Below, piece by piece: positions 12,572-24,979 of a stretch of 64,000 nt of DNA (its first letter is position 1; every line of letters begins with the position of its first letter). The DNA is from Eutreptiella sp. 'Long Island Sound 2002' (Eukaryota; Protista; Euglenida), in assembly GCA_964036045.1 (NCBI GenBank), contig OZ038378.1:175894001-175958000 (forward strand), in the 5' to 3' direction. The notes under the pieces are model-generated. The model had not been told where the DNA came from and searched no databases. It worked only from the letters and a program-made list of their open reading frames with translations. A program made the translations under genes and the position numbers.

Positions 12572-12749
12572 GTGCCGTCTGTCTGACGCTGCAGGGATTG
12601 TGGTTGTAGAACTGCACCCAGTCCCTCTCCCGGTGGGCCGTATGGGATCACTATCCAATTTTCTGCTTCTGCGTTGTCGCATCGGGGTTCCTCCACTTTG
12701 ATTATGGCAGGGGTGGGGTGATCCCACCCGGACCCTTTACATCGCCCTC

Positions 12750-13030
12750 TCTATGCACTGGCAAGCAACCAAACCCCTGCCAGTGCATGGGCATGGACAT
12801 TTTGTAAGCACAAACCCTCTTGCCAGTGCGTGGGCATGGGAATTTGGCAGGCCAGAACCCCTTTGCTGGTGGTTTTGCGCATCTGACAAGGGGCTTTGTG
12901 CCCACCACATGTCCGTACTCAATACTCACGCACTGGCGAAGAGGGTTTTGCGCACAAAATGTCCATGCCCATGCACCAGCAGGCGGGCTTGTGCACATAA
13001 AAAGTCCATGCCCATGAGCTGGCAAGTAAT
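12750..13030. repeat. Foldback (MITE-like) inverted repeat
   Basis: 12789-12832 is a near-perfect reverse complement of 12927-12970. Further partial arms lie outside. Confidence 0.75.
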
Positions 13031-13056
13031 AGCCATGGACATAGGAGTAGACGTAG

Positions 13057-13124
13057 ACATACACATACACATACATGAACACATACACATACACATACAT
13101 GAACACATACACATACACATCCAC

Positions 13125-13185
<61 letters not shown>

Positions 13186-13190
13186 TACAC
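13057..13190. repeat. (ACATAC)n microsatellite
   Basis: Direct read. Confidence 0.95.
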
Positions 13191-13639
13191 TGTGGGCTGT
13201 GGGCTGTGGGCTGTAGGGAGTGGTAGGGCACACGTGCATGCGACTTGTGTATTTTTGCAACGTTGCTGCGTTCCAGAGCAGGAGCCGTGGTTCGTTAGTG
13301 GCATATGTTTATGTTGGTACTGCTGGCCTGCCCCAGCGGCCTACTGCAGGGCCTAAACTTTGAGTTGATGGTTTGCAGCAACGGTAGGATTGTAGGAGTT
13401 TGACCTCGCAGTTGGAGCATGATTGGAATCGATAACTTGGCACATACACATGCACATGAACAGGTTGGCCCCAGCCAACAAGCTAGTGAGACAAGATGCG
13501 GCCCTGTTGTTATCCCTGCCCCACTGAGAGCCTGTGCTGGTCTCTCTCCTCAAATGATGCTCAGGGCCATTGGCAGGTGTATCGCCTGTGAACAGGGGTC
13601 AAGCCCCAAGATGCCATCTAATGACATGAATCCTGTGCC

Positions 13640-13941
13640 CGGGCAGCAGCGTTAAGGTTTTGCCTCGCTGTTGCTTTACACGGTGGCCCTGACGCAGGTC
13701 CTATTGGAGCTGTCATGGCTGAAGGGCTGGATTTTGGGGGACCTGACTTTGGATTATGTCAAGTGTTTTGAGTTAGTCCCTTAGGTCATTGTCTTCTGGT
13801 TGGCCCAAGAGCTGGGCATGGCCCCTTGGATGCGGCAGGCGTTGGTGGTGATGTACAGCCAGCTCTGCCAGGCCTTCAAGGTGGTGGGTAGCTTGGGACA
13901 CTGGTGGTAGGTCACCAATGGTAGCTTGTAGGGGTGTCCAC
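13640..13941 (+). mobile_element. Degenerate LINE RT fragment, 5' part, interrupted by the P-like transposon
   Basis: Translates LDYVKCFELVP*VIV..GM..ALVVMYSQLCQAFKVVGSLGHWW*VTNGSL*GCP. After the insertion is removed it continues as LSVVLVNIL (RT motif TNG.LQGCPLS). Confidence 0.75.
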
Positions 13942-14212
13942 CAGGGGGGGGGGTTTCTGAGAAATCCGATACCGTGGGGGGTTTTGAACCCCCCCCCCTT
14001 TTTTAAAAATGGTCCGAGGGGGGGTTTTAAGGGTGTTTTTCGACGCACACACATCATTTGTGCGATTTTTTTTTTCTGGTGTTGTTCTTTTGGACTGCAC
14101 ATCCAGAGTTTTGTCCTTGCTCCCAATTCAGCCACTTTTGATTTTGTCCCCTTAGCTAGGGACCCCCCACAATGCAAGGGTGACGTTGCATTTCCGCCCT
14201 TTTTTTTGACAT

Positions 14213-14456
14213 TTCTGATTTTGCCCCCCGCTTTGAAGCGGTGGGGATCCCCGATACGGCAGGGGTGAGGTAGCCAATTTGCCCACTTGTGGGCCACTTC
14301 TGATTTTGCCCCCCGCTCTGCAGCGGTGGGGATCCCCGATACGGCAGGGGTGAGGTAGCCAATTTGCCCACTTGTGGGCCACTTCTGATTTTGCCCCCCG
14401 CTCTGCAGCGGTGGGGATCCCCGATACGGCAGGGGTGAGGTAGCCAATTTGCCCAC
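14213..14456. repeat. 85-bp satellite, 3 copies plus a degenerate copy upstream
   Basis: Units start at 14213, 14298 and 14383: TTCTGATTTTGCCCCCCGCTCTGCAGCGGTGGGGATCCCCGATACGGCAGGGGTGAGGTAGCCAATTTGCCCACTTGTGGGCCAC. Confidence 0.95.
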
Positions 14457-17400
14457 CAACCACACAAACCATGCAGGGTGTGCCCCAAGCAGGGATCAAG
14501 TGCTCCCCAAGCACAAACATCGGCCAATTGCCTATGGCAAGATGATAACAGCAGAAGACATGTTGGCCGTCTTGCCAAGCAAATTGCCTTTTTGTGCATA
14601 CTCCATTTGTGTGGATGAGGTGGCGGACATTGTACCATCATTGGTTGGCGGTGCATCCCCGGTGCTTTATGGATTTTGCATGGAGCATGCAGGTGTTCCT
14701 GAAATTCAAAGTGAAAGTGATTTGCTTGCCCTTCGGCAGCAGCTAGAGGCTGGTACCATTCACCGGGCGTCGGTCTGTGCCGTGTGGCTCATTGTCCCCA
14801 TGCATCGTGAGGTACATAGCGGAATACCCTTCTTAATGTATGCCTCGTGTAACAAGTTCACACGGCATGACATGCAAGATATGCTCCACCACATATACAC
14901 GACGTGGGCCCAATCCAGAGAGCTATGTGAACGTGGGTACTTGTTGTCACCCGGGACCGACGGTGACCCGCGACGGGCTGCTGCGCACCGTGGTGGCATG
15001 CAACTGTCACGAACACTGGACATCCCGGGTGTTGATTGTAATGTTGCCTGCTGGGGGGGGAATGTTTTTTGATCCCCCACATCTCTTCAAGAACAGCCGG
15101 TCACATGGATTGAACCATGGTTTTCAACTTGAGTCAGGAATGCGAGTACTGTGGCAACAGTTACTGTGGCAACAGTTCGACCCTTGGCTCATGTGTTTCA
15201 ATGTCAGATCTCGGACCGTGCATATGATCCGAAGGACAAGCAAAACGTTCCCCTTGCAATTGCATTTTTACAATTGTTCAAAAGCATTGGTGATGCCGCT
15301 TGCAGCCTTGGCGGGCGCGATTTGACACCCACGTTGCGTGCGGCCATCCCTGATGTGCGGTTGACCGGGCAACTGTTTGATCTATTGTTGTCGGGGTATT
15401 TTAACCCAAAGCTTAGTTTGTATTGTGCTATGGAAGACTTGTCCACGGGCCATCCATTGATGTTGTACGCCTTCAATAAATACCAAAAGGATTTCATACC
15501 TACAAGCTTGTATTTGCGGTGGCAAGTCACTTTTCAGACCCTCTTCATCACCGTAAAGGTCATGCAGGTCCGTGACCCAACGGTATCCTTGTACATATGC
15601 CAATTGGGGTCTCAAACGGCCGAGAACTTGTTTTCCATCACCCGCACCCTGAACCACAACCGCAATTTTGATGTATTGCAGCTGCGGGACCGCTTGCAGG
15701 CTGTTTTGGACATTCAAGACATTTTTTTGGCACATCCTGATTGGCGCAAGCGGCATGAGCGCTACGCCACTGATCGATTGACTCCACTTGAGTACACTGC
15801 GGATTGTAGTGTGCAAAGTGTTGATCTCAAAAAGGTTTGGGAAAGGGGTACAGCGCGTGCCACAGCCATCCTTGAGCAACACCCACAGATTGGCTCATCT
15901 GTGCACAATGTCTTGGAATCTCTTTACCAAGGCGGTGCAACGCTTTTGAAACCATGTGGTGCACCCCTTGTCTTGGACAAAGAAGATGAATTTTTGGGGG
16001 CCGGGGGACCGGACACCAAAGGAATGGAGGATAGCGATCCTACCGATGCTTGTTCCCTGGAATCCTGGCTGCGTTGTCATGGTTCAGACCGAAATCGAGC
16101 CTATGTCCCATGCGCCAACGGACACACCGTGCATATTACACAACTTGTCAATGAGTATTTCAACGGCAACGTTGAACATGCGTCAACCGATCGGCTGCGG
16201 CGCACGGCACAAACCGCCCGGTTTGGTCAAACCCCCACGAATGTAAACAATGTTGCATTGTCTGACAATTGCAATTTTGATGAGGACGCGGTCACAGTGG
16301 GTGCTATCTTTCTTGCACTTGTGACCTTCATATGGGGCTCGCAACGGACGTGTTCCGTGGGCACATTTAGTTTTTCATGGTGCACCGTTGACGGTGCAGG
16401 GGTTTATGGTACCACGAAGGAGGCGCTTGCGACGGGACATGCCATCCTCGTAACGGGTCAATTTTTGCCTTTTGTCGCCATGACCAGTGATCCAACCTTG
16501 TTGCGGTGGACGGGGCGGTTTGGTCCGGAATGTGAGTTTCGGAATGGGCATGTGGTTTTTTTGGATGCCCAAATGGATGCCGATGGTCGTTGGCGGATTC
16601 CAGTGGGCACCCTGTCTGCCTTTGTGAAAGCTGCAAAGGTACCCAATTGTCCTCAGTTGCGTGCAGAGCCATACGCTGGTGTGGCACATACTAGCGTGCG
16701 GCCCGCAGAAGCAACATAATTTTATTTGTTTTGTGGAGTGGCCTTTGCTTTGGCAAGGATGCATCATCATGTGGCAGTGCACTTGCAGAAAGGAGAGGTG
16801 GTAACGGACCCAAGGATGCATGGTGAGGCCGAACCTTGTGGTTTTTGTGGACGCACAATAGGCACGTGTACCACAAGTATTGTGGGCAAGAAAATCAGTA
16901 GCACATGCCCGTGTGTGGTCCCATTGAAGCTCGCAATGGCCACGCGCAAAAAAGAAAACATGCCCCGTGAATGTCCTATTCCCGGGTGCAGTGCCACCCC
17001 GTGGGTTTTGAACATCAAAACTCATTTGGCTCGGTGCCATCCAACCGTGCCACCCAACACCGTTGATTTGACGGAATGGGTTGTAGTTGGGCAGGACGAT
17101 GAGAAAAAAAAGGGGCGAGCCAAAAAAATCCCCATGGTGATGAAGCCCAAGATCACTTTGAAAGTGGCAAAGGCGGTGGACAACGAGAGTGCGTCCTTCT
17201 CTGAAGCCTCTCTTGGACGCTCCGATTGGAACCGGAAACCGGAGGAGGATGCAAGCTTTGGAATCTAGGTCTTTCGCAGATAACGATTCGTCTAGCGGTA
17301 ACGAGAGTGCCGCAACTTCCGAGGATGGCAATAGCTCCTCTTCTTCCTCATCTTCTTCCTCTTCCACCTCTTCTTCCGCGGTGGAAGTTGTCCCGCAAAA

Positions 17401-17500
17401 GAAAGCCGTTCCTGGCAAGGGCACAAAGCGGCCCATCAACGCTACCAAGCAAAATGCGAAGAAGCGTTGCACGGTGAAGACGTCAGGGCGGAAGAAGTAG
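14449..17500 (+). pseudogene. P-like DDE transposase pseudogene with a C-terminal Cys/His domain and an acidic/Ser tail
   Basis: Motifs VDEVA, GTDGDPRR, FDPPHLFKNSR (D-x2-H), DKQNVPLA, GSQTAENLFSITR. Frameshifts occur at the G-run near 15060 and near 15150. An in-frame TAA at 16717 is followed by HHHVAVHL..PCGFCG..C..STC..CPIPGC..W..H..CH. Confidence 0.75.
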
Positions 17501-17734
17501 GCGGAGCTACATGCACACACACACACACACACACACGTCACAAACGGATACCTCCCCCACCCCCTACACCTCCTCGCTCTCCCTCTCCTTCCCTTGTAGT
17601 TGCATGCACACTAGGACTGGAAGGCCCACACAATGGCGCGGGGAGGGAGGTCTGGCCAGCCATAGCCTTAAGGGCCTCCCGAGTTGCGTCGGTCGACCAG
17701 TATAGTCACACACACACACCCCTTCTTTTAGGCC

Positions 17735-17945
17735 CTCCCCTTGACGCATTTCTCACCCCATGGTGTATTTCTAACCCCATGATGCATTCCGAACCCTATG
17801 ACGGACCTTGATGCGGGTCAACCCCCATGTTGCAAATCTAACCCCATGGTGTACTTCGAACCCCATGACCGCCTCGGAGACCCACAGTCCCGAGGTTTCT
17901 GGTACCCACGGCCGGAAATACCCAAGCCGATGAAACCCTACCATA
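17735..17945. repeat. Subterminal AACCCCATG-like repeats of the P-like element
   Basis: Several copies of (A/C)ACCC(C/T)ATG in the same orientation near the right end. Confidence 0.5.
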
Positions 17946-18195
17946 GACGTTGGTAGGGGCGGTGCGAATTGTCGGATCACACCTGGGCCGCATACCCAAC
18001 TGTTCGGAGGTGCCCGACACTATGTTCTTCATTGGGGGGGGGTTTGGGGGGCCGGGGGGCCGTTTCCGCGGACAATACCCCCGCGCAACGAAAACCCCCT
18101 TAAACCCCCCCCCCCAAAACCCCCCCTTTTTTAAATTTGGCTCTGGGGGGGGTTTAAGCATGATATCCGATTTCCGAGAATCCCCCCCCCCCCTG

Positions 18196-18260
18196 GTGTC
18201 CACTGAGTGTTGTATTGGTGAACATCCTCACTGCCTTCGCCAACATGTGGCAGTCCGGAC
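18196..18260 (+). mobile_element. Continuation of the interrupted LINE RT fragment
   Basis: G|TGTCCACTGAGTGTTGTATTGGTGAACATCCTC translates CPLSVVLVNIL. Confidence 0.7.
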
Positions 18261-19289
18261 ACAGGAGTTCCTCTCAGGGCAAGGGGAAGGGCAAGGGAGG
18301 GGAGGCCTGCCGCTACTGTGCCCATGGCAGAGGTAATCCTGCACCGAGAGAAACAAGCATGTGGTGCGCGCGGTGTGCCACGCGGTGCGCACGGCATCTA
18401 GTGCTATTTTATGAATGCATGCGGGTTGTAAACACCAGTCTCCCACAAGCATAAGTAGAGCTTGTAGGAGGGCAGTGGGATCGAAAAATAGCAATCATCC
18501 ACCTCACACACATGTACACATGCACATGCACATACCCATACACATACACATACACTGCCCACTACCCCTGCCCCTAATAGTGTGGTGGTGTCTTGATGGG
18601 TTCTTGTTGTAGTTTTTGTTATTGTTGTTGTTGGTACCCATGTGTATGGCAGTCGGGCCCATGGGATATGCAAATGACATGCAAGCCATGGCACCGGTAT
18701 TCTTGAGCCTGCAGCCTTACTTTGACGTGGCATTCGTGTGGCTTAGGTGCACGGGTAGCAACATTGGCAAGTGCACCTCGTGGCTGCTCAAAGGTGGTCA
18801 CGATCACGAGAGACTCTTTTTAGGATCTCTCTAGCCGGGACTTTTCGTAGGAGATGGTTGTGGCCTCTAGGCCCTTGCTTAGGGCTAAGCCTACCCGCAG
18901 CTTCAAGTTGCTTGCCCCATTGCTATGCCAACCTACATGCGTGTGTCGTCTTCTTGCCGAGGGAGGACGCGAGAACACCAACCGAAAGGGGCGCCCGGCA
19001 ACATGCTCCCCTTGTGCAACTAGCCGGTGCTGTAGACAGGGGAGTTCCGATAGTTGGGCATTAGCATCTAAGCGCACGCTTGCTGGTCCACAAGCTGGCT
19101 CCTTGCGGGGCAGATGGACAAGGGCTGCTTCATGCTCTAGTGGGTGGCCTGCCTGCATAGAGACTTGAGCTCTTGAGACTTGCAAAAAATTGTGCAATTC
19201 GCCAGTCTCAACTTCTTGGTGCTGTTATTTTTAGTGCTTGATGACAGCTACCAAAGGAAGAAGAAATGCAAATGATGGTAATGTGGCCG

Positions 19290-19500
19290 CAGGGCCGCAT
19301 TACCTACAACATCCATGGGAGCCTCAAGAAACATGATGCCAAGGTCGTGCCCCTTGAAGAGCTCCGTAGAGTTCTATGGACTAAGGTAGACATTTGCTGG
19401 CAAGAATATGGATATGTTCCGGATGGTCCAGTCCAAGGCAACATATTACATGGGCCCTGTGAGCTCACGTGACCAATAGTGCTCCCACACCGCCTACACA
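19290..19500 (+). mobile_element. Apurinic-endonuclease-like LINE fragment
   Basis: RITYNIHGSLKK...VDICWQE resembles APE motifs I-II (xNVxG, DxxxLQE). Confidence 0.35.
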
Positions 19501-21639
19501 AGCTCTTGTACATGGTCCGACTACCGTGCGGTGCATGCTAGCCACGATGGAGGGTGCCTTTACTAGGGTGTCTCCCACCTTCAGCATGAGTTGGTGGGGA
19601 TGCTCATTAAGCTAGTGTCGCTGCATAGAGCTGGGGCACTATGAAATCAAGGTACCACACTCCATGTGGGGCAACATGTGAATATCCAAGCCCAAGGAAG
19701 TGCTCTCCTCAGGCTACCAACTGGCACCCACCTAGCGGATGCAGTACCTCTACCTCCCCAATTGGAAGCATGCTTTGATCGTCTCCTTCGGTTGGCGTTG
19801 TCCATTGCTGTAGTGAGTTCTCGTCGCAGATGTTGTGGGGCTGGAGCTTTCAGATGGTCCAACTCTCCCTATCATCGACAAATTCGCTTGCCGTGGGCCC
19901 CAAATCCCCACATCCCAAGAAATCCACCCCTAGTGCCGAGAATCTAGCGAAAACAATGTTTAACTCTTGAGATCTACGGGAGCAATTCAGAGTAAAGACG
20001 TAAGCTTTTGTGGCAAATCGAGGTGCTTACCGGTCGTGGGTAGCTAGCCCACTTGCATAGGCTCAATATGTGTTGAAACGGGTAGAGGCAGCAAGCAGCG
20101 TGCTCGATGTTAGTGGTATTACATCACAGTCTTGAAAACCTGTAATTTTCGTTTTTGTATTTCATGTATCCCATCTTTTCTGGTAGCCTGTGCAGCTAGT
20201 AGGGGGTAGTATGGAAGCTACCCCCCCACCCCCACGGCCATCTTGTTCGGTTTTTGTGTTGCGGTGTTCCCACATGGTGACTCGTCGTGCATGATCTAGT
20301 GCGGGGTGGGTATTTCGTTGCATGACCAAAGCACAACAACCTACTAGGGCTGCCCCGTGGCACAATTTTATTTGTTTGTTGCGGCATTTCCGCGGATTGA
20401 TTGTTTGTGTTCAGTTTACTACAATTGGTGGGAAATTGACATTTTGAGTGGCCTTCTGTCTAGCTTGCTGCCTGGTGCTCGCGATAGATTGAAAGCTCTA
20501 GGCTATCTAGGAGTGATACCCAAATGAGGAGGGGAAGGCGTGGTGTTCCCATGCTTAGAAAACTGTGGTAGGGCTCCTGCACGGCCCATATGGACTACGA
20601 ACTCATGGTTATGGATGTTGAATCTCACAATTTGAGGATGATTCAAATGGATGCCTTGGTACACATACACGTACACCATCCTTACCACTACCCTCGCCCC
20701 TAGTGCTGTGGTAGTGTAGCTGCCCGTGGCGTCTTGTAGTGTGGCAGAGTGGGAACAATTTGCCACTACTTGCCCTCAACAATACGGCCGTGTATTCACA
20801 AAATTCAACTCACCACTACCCCCCGGTAGTTTCTAGAGGAGTCCCTATGCACAATGCCGTAGCAGTGTGGTAGTGCGCAAACAGGTTCTATTGCCCACTG
20901 TGCTTTGCGGTGTGACAACGTGCTGATGGACATTCACAGTCATTGCCCCTTACACTCAGTAGTCTTTCTTTTTTGTTTCCAACACTTTGGTTTGAGACTG
21001 TGTGTTTTGCCATTGTGGTTGAGGGTGTGAATTGGACATTTATATTTTGGGAGAAGTAGTGTATTGAAGGATTCACCTACCCACTGCTCCCAACAATATG
21101 ACAAAGGAAATCCTTGAGTACTTGTCATAATGCTAGTGCACTCAAGGATTTCCAGTGTTTCAAGGATTAGTGTACTGATGGCACTATACACCATGGTTTC
21201 CACGCCCCTTAGGAAAGGGACCACCACCCAAGCTCCACCCATGCCTCGGAGCTTTGAGCATGAGGTATGACTGTTGGCGAAGTATCCCGCCGCTCGCACA
21301 ATGCAAGCCCACAGTAGCTGTGCTGCCGATACAGACCCTGGTACTCAGGGGATACCCTACAAGGGTTTGGGCCATATTACCTTGATCGGGACGTTTCTTG
21401 GCACCTCACTATAATACGTGGCAACCTGGGGTAGGAGCGTATAACACCACGTGCTGCCTGTGCCACCTGTACAGCGGCAGTTTTGCACTGCATCAAGCCC
21501 ACACGACCTGTCACGTCACATTGGCCGTCATTGCGCGCCCACACCGTAAGAGCGGCCCGGCGTAGCCCACTGCACGCATTCATCCTTGGCTTGTGTAACG
21601 CATCTACCGCGTCCCCCATACTGTGATGGCCCAATTGCA

Positions 21640-21880
21640 CCGCCCCATCAGTGTGGCAGTGTGGTAACATACTTCCACTTGCCACTGCCCTTTGCAATGT
21701 GGTAGTGTATTGGTGGAGTCCCACTGCCCACTTCACCGTGCCCCTTGCACAGTGGTAGTGTGCTGATATTCCACTGCCCATTGCCCCTTGCTGTATGGCA
21801 CTGCATTAAAGGATTTCTACCCCGTGTAGTGCGGTAGTGTACCGGCAGAGTTCCACTGCCAACTGGTGCCAAGTGGCATT
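21640..21880. repeat. Degenerate CCACTGCC/GTGGTAGTG tandem repeat
   Basis: Recurrent CCACTGCCC(A/T)..TTGC..GTGGTAGTG units. Confidence 0.6.
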
Positions 21881-22329
21881 GTGCAGAGGAAAGTCATTGC
21901 TCACAACACCCCTACACTAACGACACCACTTCGTGTGGCTTTGTACGAGCTACACATAAACACACATACAGAGACACACACGCAGATGCACATATTCACA
22001 TACACATACACAGAGGATGCTACAGCCCTAAGGGCTGGTTCCGAGCTGACTCTGCACCAGGCTGTGGAAGTCCCATGGGCGGCTGCCAAGGGCACCCGGG
22101 CGAGGGTCCTGCGAGAGCTACAGCTCCACTAGCAGGTGGAGAGGCAAGGGGTGTCCGGGGCCACCCATGACAGACCACTGCTGAGAAGGAAAACAGGTCT
22201 GCTTATGGACGGCCCCCATGCTGCTGCCAGCCCTGCCACGGGGTTTACGGCTTAGCTCCGGGTTAGGTCACCCACCTGTCTACCAGTTCCCATTGATATG
22301 ACATCGCGGCCGTTGCCATTCGGCATCAG

Positions 22330-22615
<286 letters not shown>

Positions 22616-23154
22616 GGCGAGTCTGTCATTGCCATGTTGCCTCGTGGGTTGTTGGTGTAATGGGACAACCATGGCTGGTGGTACTCGTGGCAGCGAGGCG
22701 GCCTCCACGGCCTGACATAAACATGCGTATACACATACACAAGTATCCCCGGCTAAATCAAGCGGGCTAAGCATAGGTCTCGCAACCCAAGGCCGTGGGA
22801 TCGACTCCTGGTTTGGGCATGTCTGGAGGTTGCAGCAGTGCGTCAAGGCCATCTGCCTGGGGCATAGCCAAATTGAGGTATGTGTATGTGCATGTGTATG
22901 TGTATATGTATGTGTACGTGACCGTGGAGCTGGCACATCTGAGGCCACAAAGCCAGGGCCAAAGTCCAGGGTGGTCCTGGGGCAGTGAGCCAGGTTCTGG
23001 CCGAGATGCAGAGCACTGAGAGAGGATCACAAGAAGACAGCGCCTGCGGTCTGATGGGCTGCTACCAATCACAGGCTACGCTTCTCAAGCCAAGGATGTC
23101 TGTGCAAGAGGAGTCAAGTGTGCATACCTGGTAAAAAGGGTCATACCAACCCCG

Positions 23155-23350
23155 ACACGTACACATACACGTACACATACACATGCACATACACATCATA
23201 CACATGCACATAGACGTACACATTGATGCAGACCTGGACATAGACATGGATATAGATATAGATGTGGACGTAACCGGGGGCATGAGCATAGACATAGATA
23301 TAGACATAGGCATAGACATAGACATAGACATGGACATAGACATATATATG
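23155..23350. repeat. (ACATAC)/(ACATAG)n microsatellite
   Basis: Direct read. Confidence 0.9.
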
Positions 23351-23424
23351 GACCAGGGGGCAAACCAAGCTGATGCAGGAAGATGCAGCGGGGCATTGGG
23401 GTCAATTTTGCTACCTGCCTGCAG

Positions 23425-23945
23425 GTGCTGTCCGCGCTGCCGGTGCAATACATTGCTGTTTACTGGCTCACAACTGAACTGTGGGTGGCGTGGATTTTCG
23501 CTTTCAAGTGGCTCAAGAGCATATGGGACATATGGGGGCAGTTCAGTGCAGTCCTGGCCAGGCTTTTCGTGGATCCGATCACCGCACGCATTTATCATGC
23601 CGGGTTCGTGCTCTTGGTAGCTACCCACATCGTGAGCTGCGGGTTCATGGCCCTGGCCCACCACGAGGGCAATGAGAACACGGAGTACATCACCGACATC
23701 CCGAATTTTGTGACAGGCCATGCGCAGTACACTGGCGGAAGCCTGACGGTTTTCCAGTACACGCAGGCTTGGGACTGGTCTATAAAGACCATGACGGGCC
23801 TGAGTCGGGGTAATAGCATACCCAAGACTGACCTCCAGCACTGCTACATGCTGTTCACTGTCATCATGGGCATCATCTTGTATGCTCTCATGATCACCAC
23901 CATATCGGACGCCCTTAGCACGCCATCGCTGGAGGCTCGACACAG
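23425..23945 (+). CDS. Channel exon 2 (S3-S4-S5-pore-S6)
   Basis: Acceptor CTGCAG|GTG at 23424. VLSALP...FKWLKSIW...THIVSCGF...YTQAWDWSIKTMTGLSRGNSIPKT...ILYALMITTISDAL. Phase-2 donor CAG|GT at 23945. Confidence 0.9.
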
Positions 23946-24979
23946 GTGCGCGGCGCATGGCTTTGTGTGGTGTGGTATGGCGTCCCGTGGTGTATTGTGG
24001 TGGATCAGTGGATCAGTCGTGGAGGAGAAGTGTCGTTTGTAGGCCGCTAGCTTGTCCGCCCTCAAGTTGCTGTACCCGCACGCTGATTTCTTTCACTGTC
24101 CACTGACCACCATTGGCATAAGCAAGGCTCTGCAATAGGCGCAGACACATCATTGAATAATGCATTGACCACTGATCCCTCAATGTACTCTCGCTGGCTG
24201 CAGCTCACTGCAACCGTGGCAAGGTGTAGCTGCTGGAGTTGGCCGCACGGGACACTGTGTTGTGCTCCTATGCTTTGATGTTGTGTTGTGCCTCATTCTA
24301 CTGTGTCCTGCCTGCGATGTATACTGCCGAGGGGCTGAATCAGCCCCTGCAGGCATGATGTCGGGCGGGCATATGGAATGCTTTTCGGCTGTTGGCTGTC
24401 GGCCAACATCTGGGCCTCGACTCTGTGTGACTGCTGATCGGCGATCTGGATGATGCGGATGCGGAGCGTGATGAGCTCCTTTTGCGGTGTTCCCCCTGCC
24501 GGTACTTGAAGATCGAATTTCCGTGGCCTCTGACTGCCACGGTGAACCCCTAGCCCCAACTGTTGACCGTCAGCACTGTGAAGTTGCTAGTTTGCAGGTA
24601 AACATTCGTAAACGCGTCCCATATCCGAATGCCAACCAGAGGTTGCCGTATTTGCTGAAATGATGCTCCACGAATCCCTTGGTGCCTCTAGACGCCTTGA
24701 CCGCCACATATCCCCTTACACAGGCCTGCATGACATCGGGCACGCCACAGTGGGCTGGATATGTGCACAGCACTGCACACACAACACACAGCAGGGGTGA
24801 GGGGATGAGTACGTAGGGGCTTGGGGTGCTGTTGTCACACATGGGTTCCAGTGCAAGGTGTCCAGCGCGGGAACCACAAAGGTGCCCAGATATGATGCAC
24901 CACAGGCTTGCTCATGGTATGGCAGTGCACATATGGGAGTCCTGTGGCGTGCCTTTGGGATAAGTCAGCCAGTAGAATG

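Larger units (their letters stand above)
13942..18195 (+). mobile_element. P-element-like DNA transposon with imperfect TIRs of about 33 bp and an 8-bp TSD (GTGTCCAC)
   Basis: Left end CAG(G)nTTTCTGAGAAATCCGATACC; right end reverse complement CAG(G)nATTCTCGGAAATCGGATATC. GTGTCCAC lies at 13934-13941 and 18196-18203. Contains a transposase pseudogene. Confidence 0.9.

Noticed and set aside
12702-13356. ORFs with VY/HI/CV/TH dipeptide runs (also 22298-22948, 37403-38084, 60069-60543)
   Set aside because: Translations of microsatellites, not proteins.
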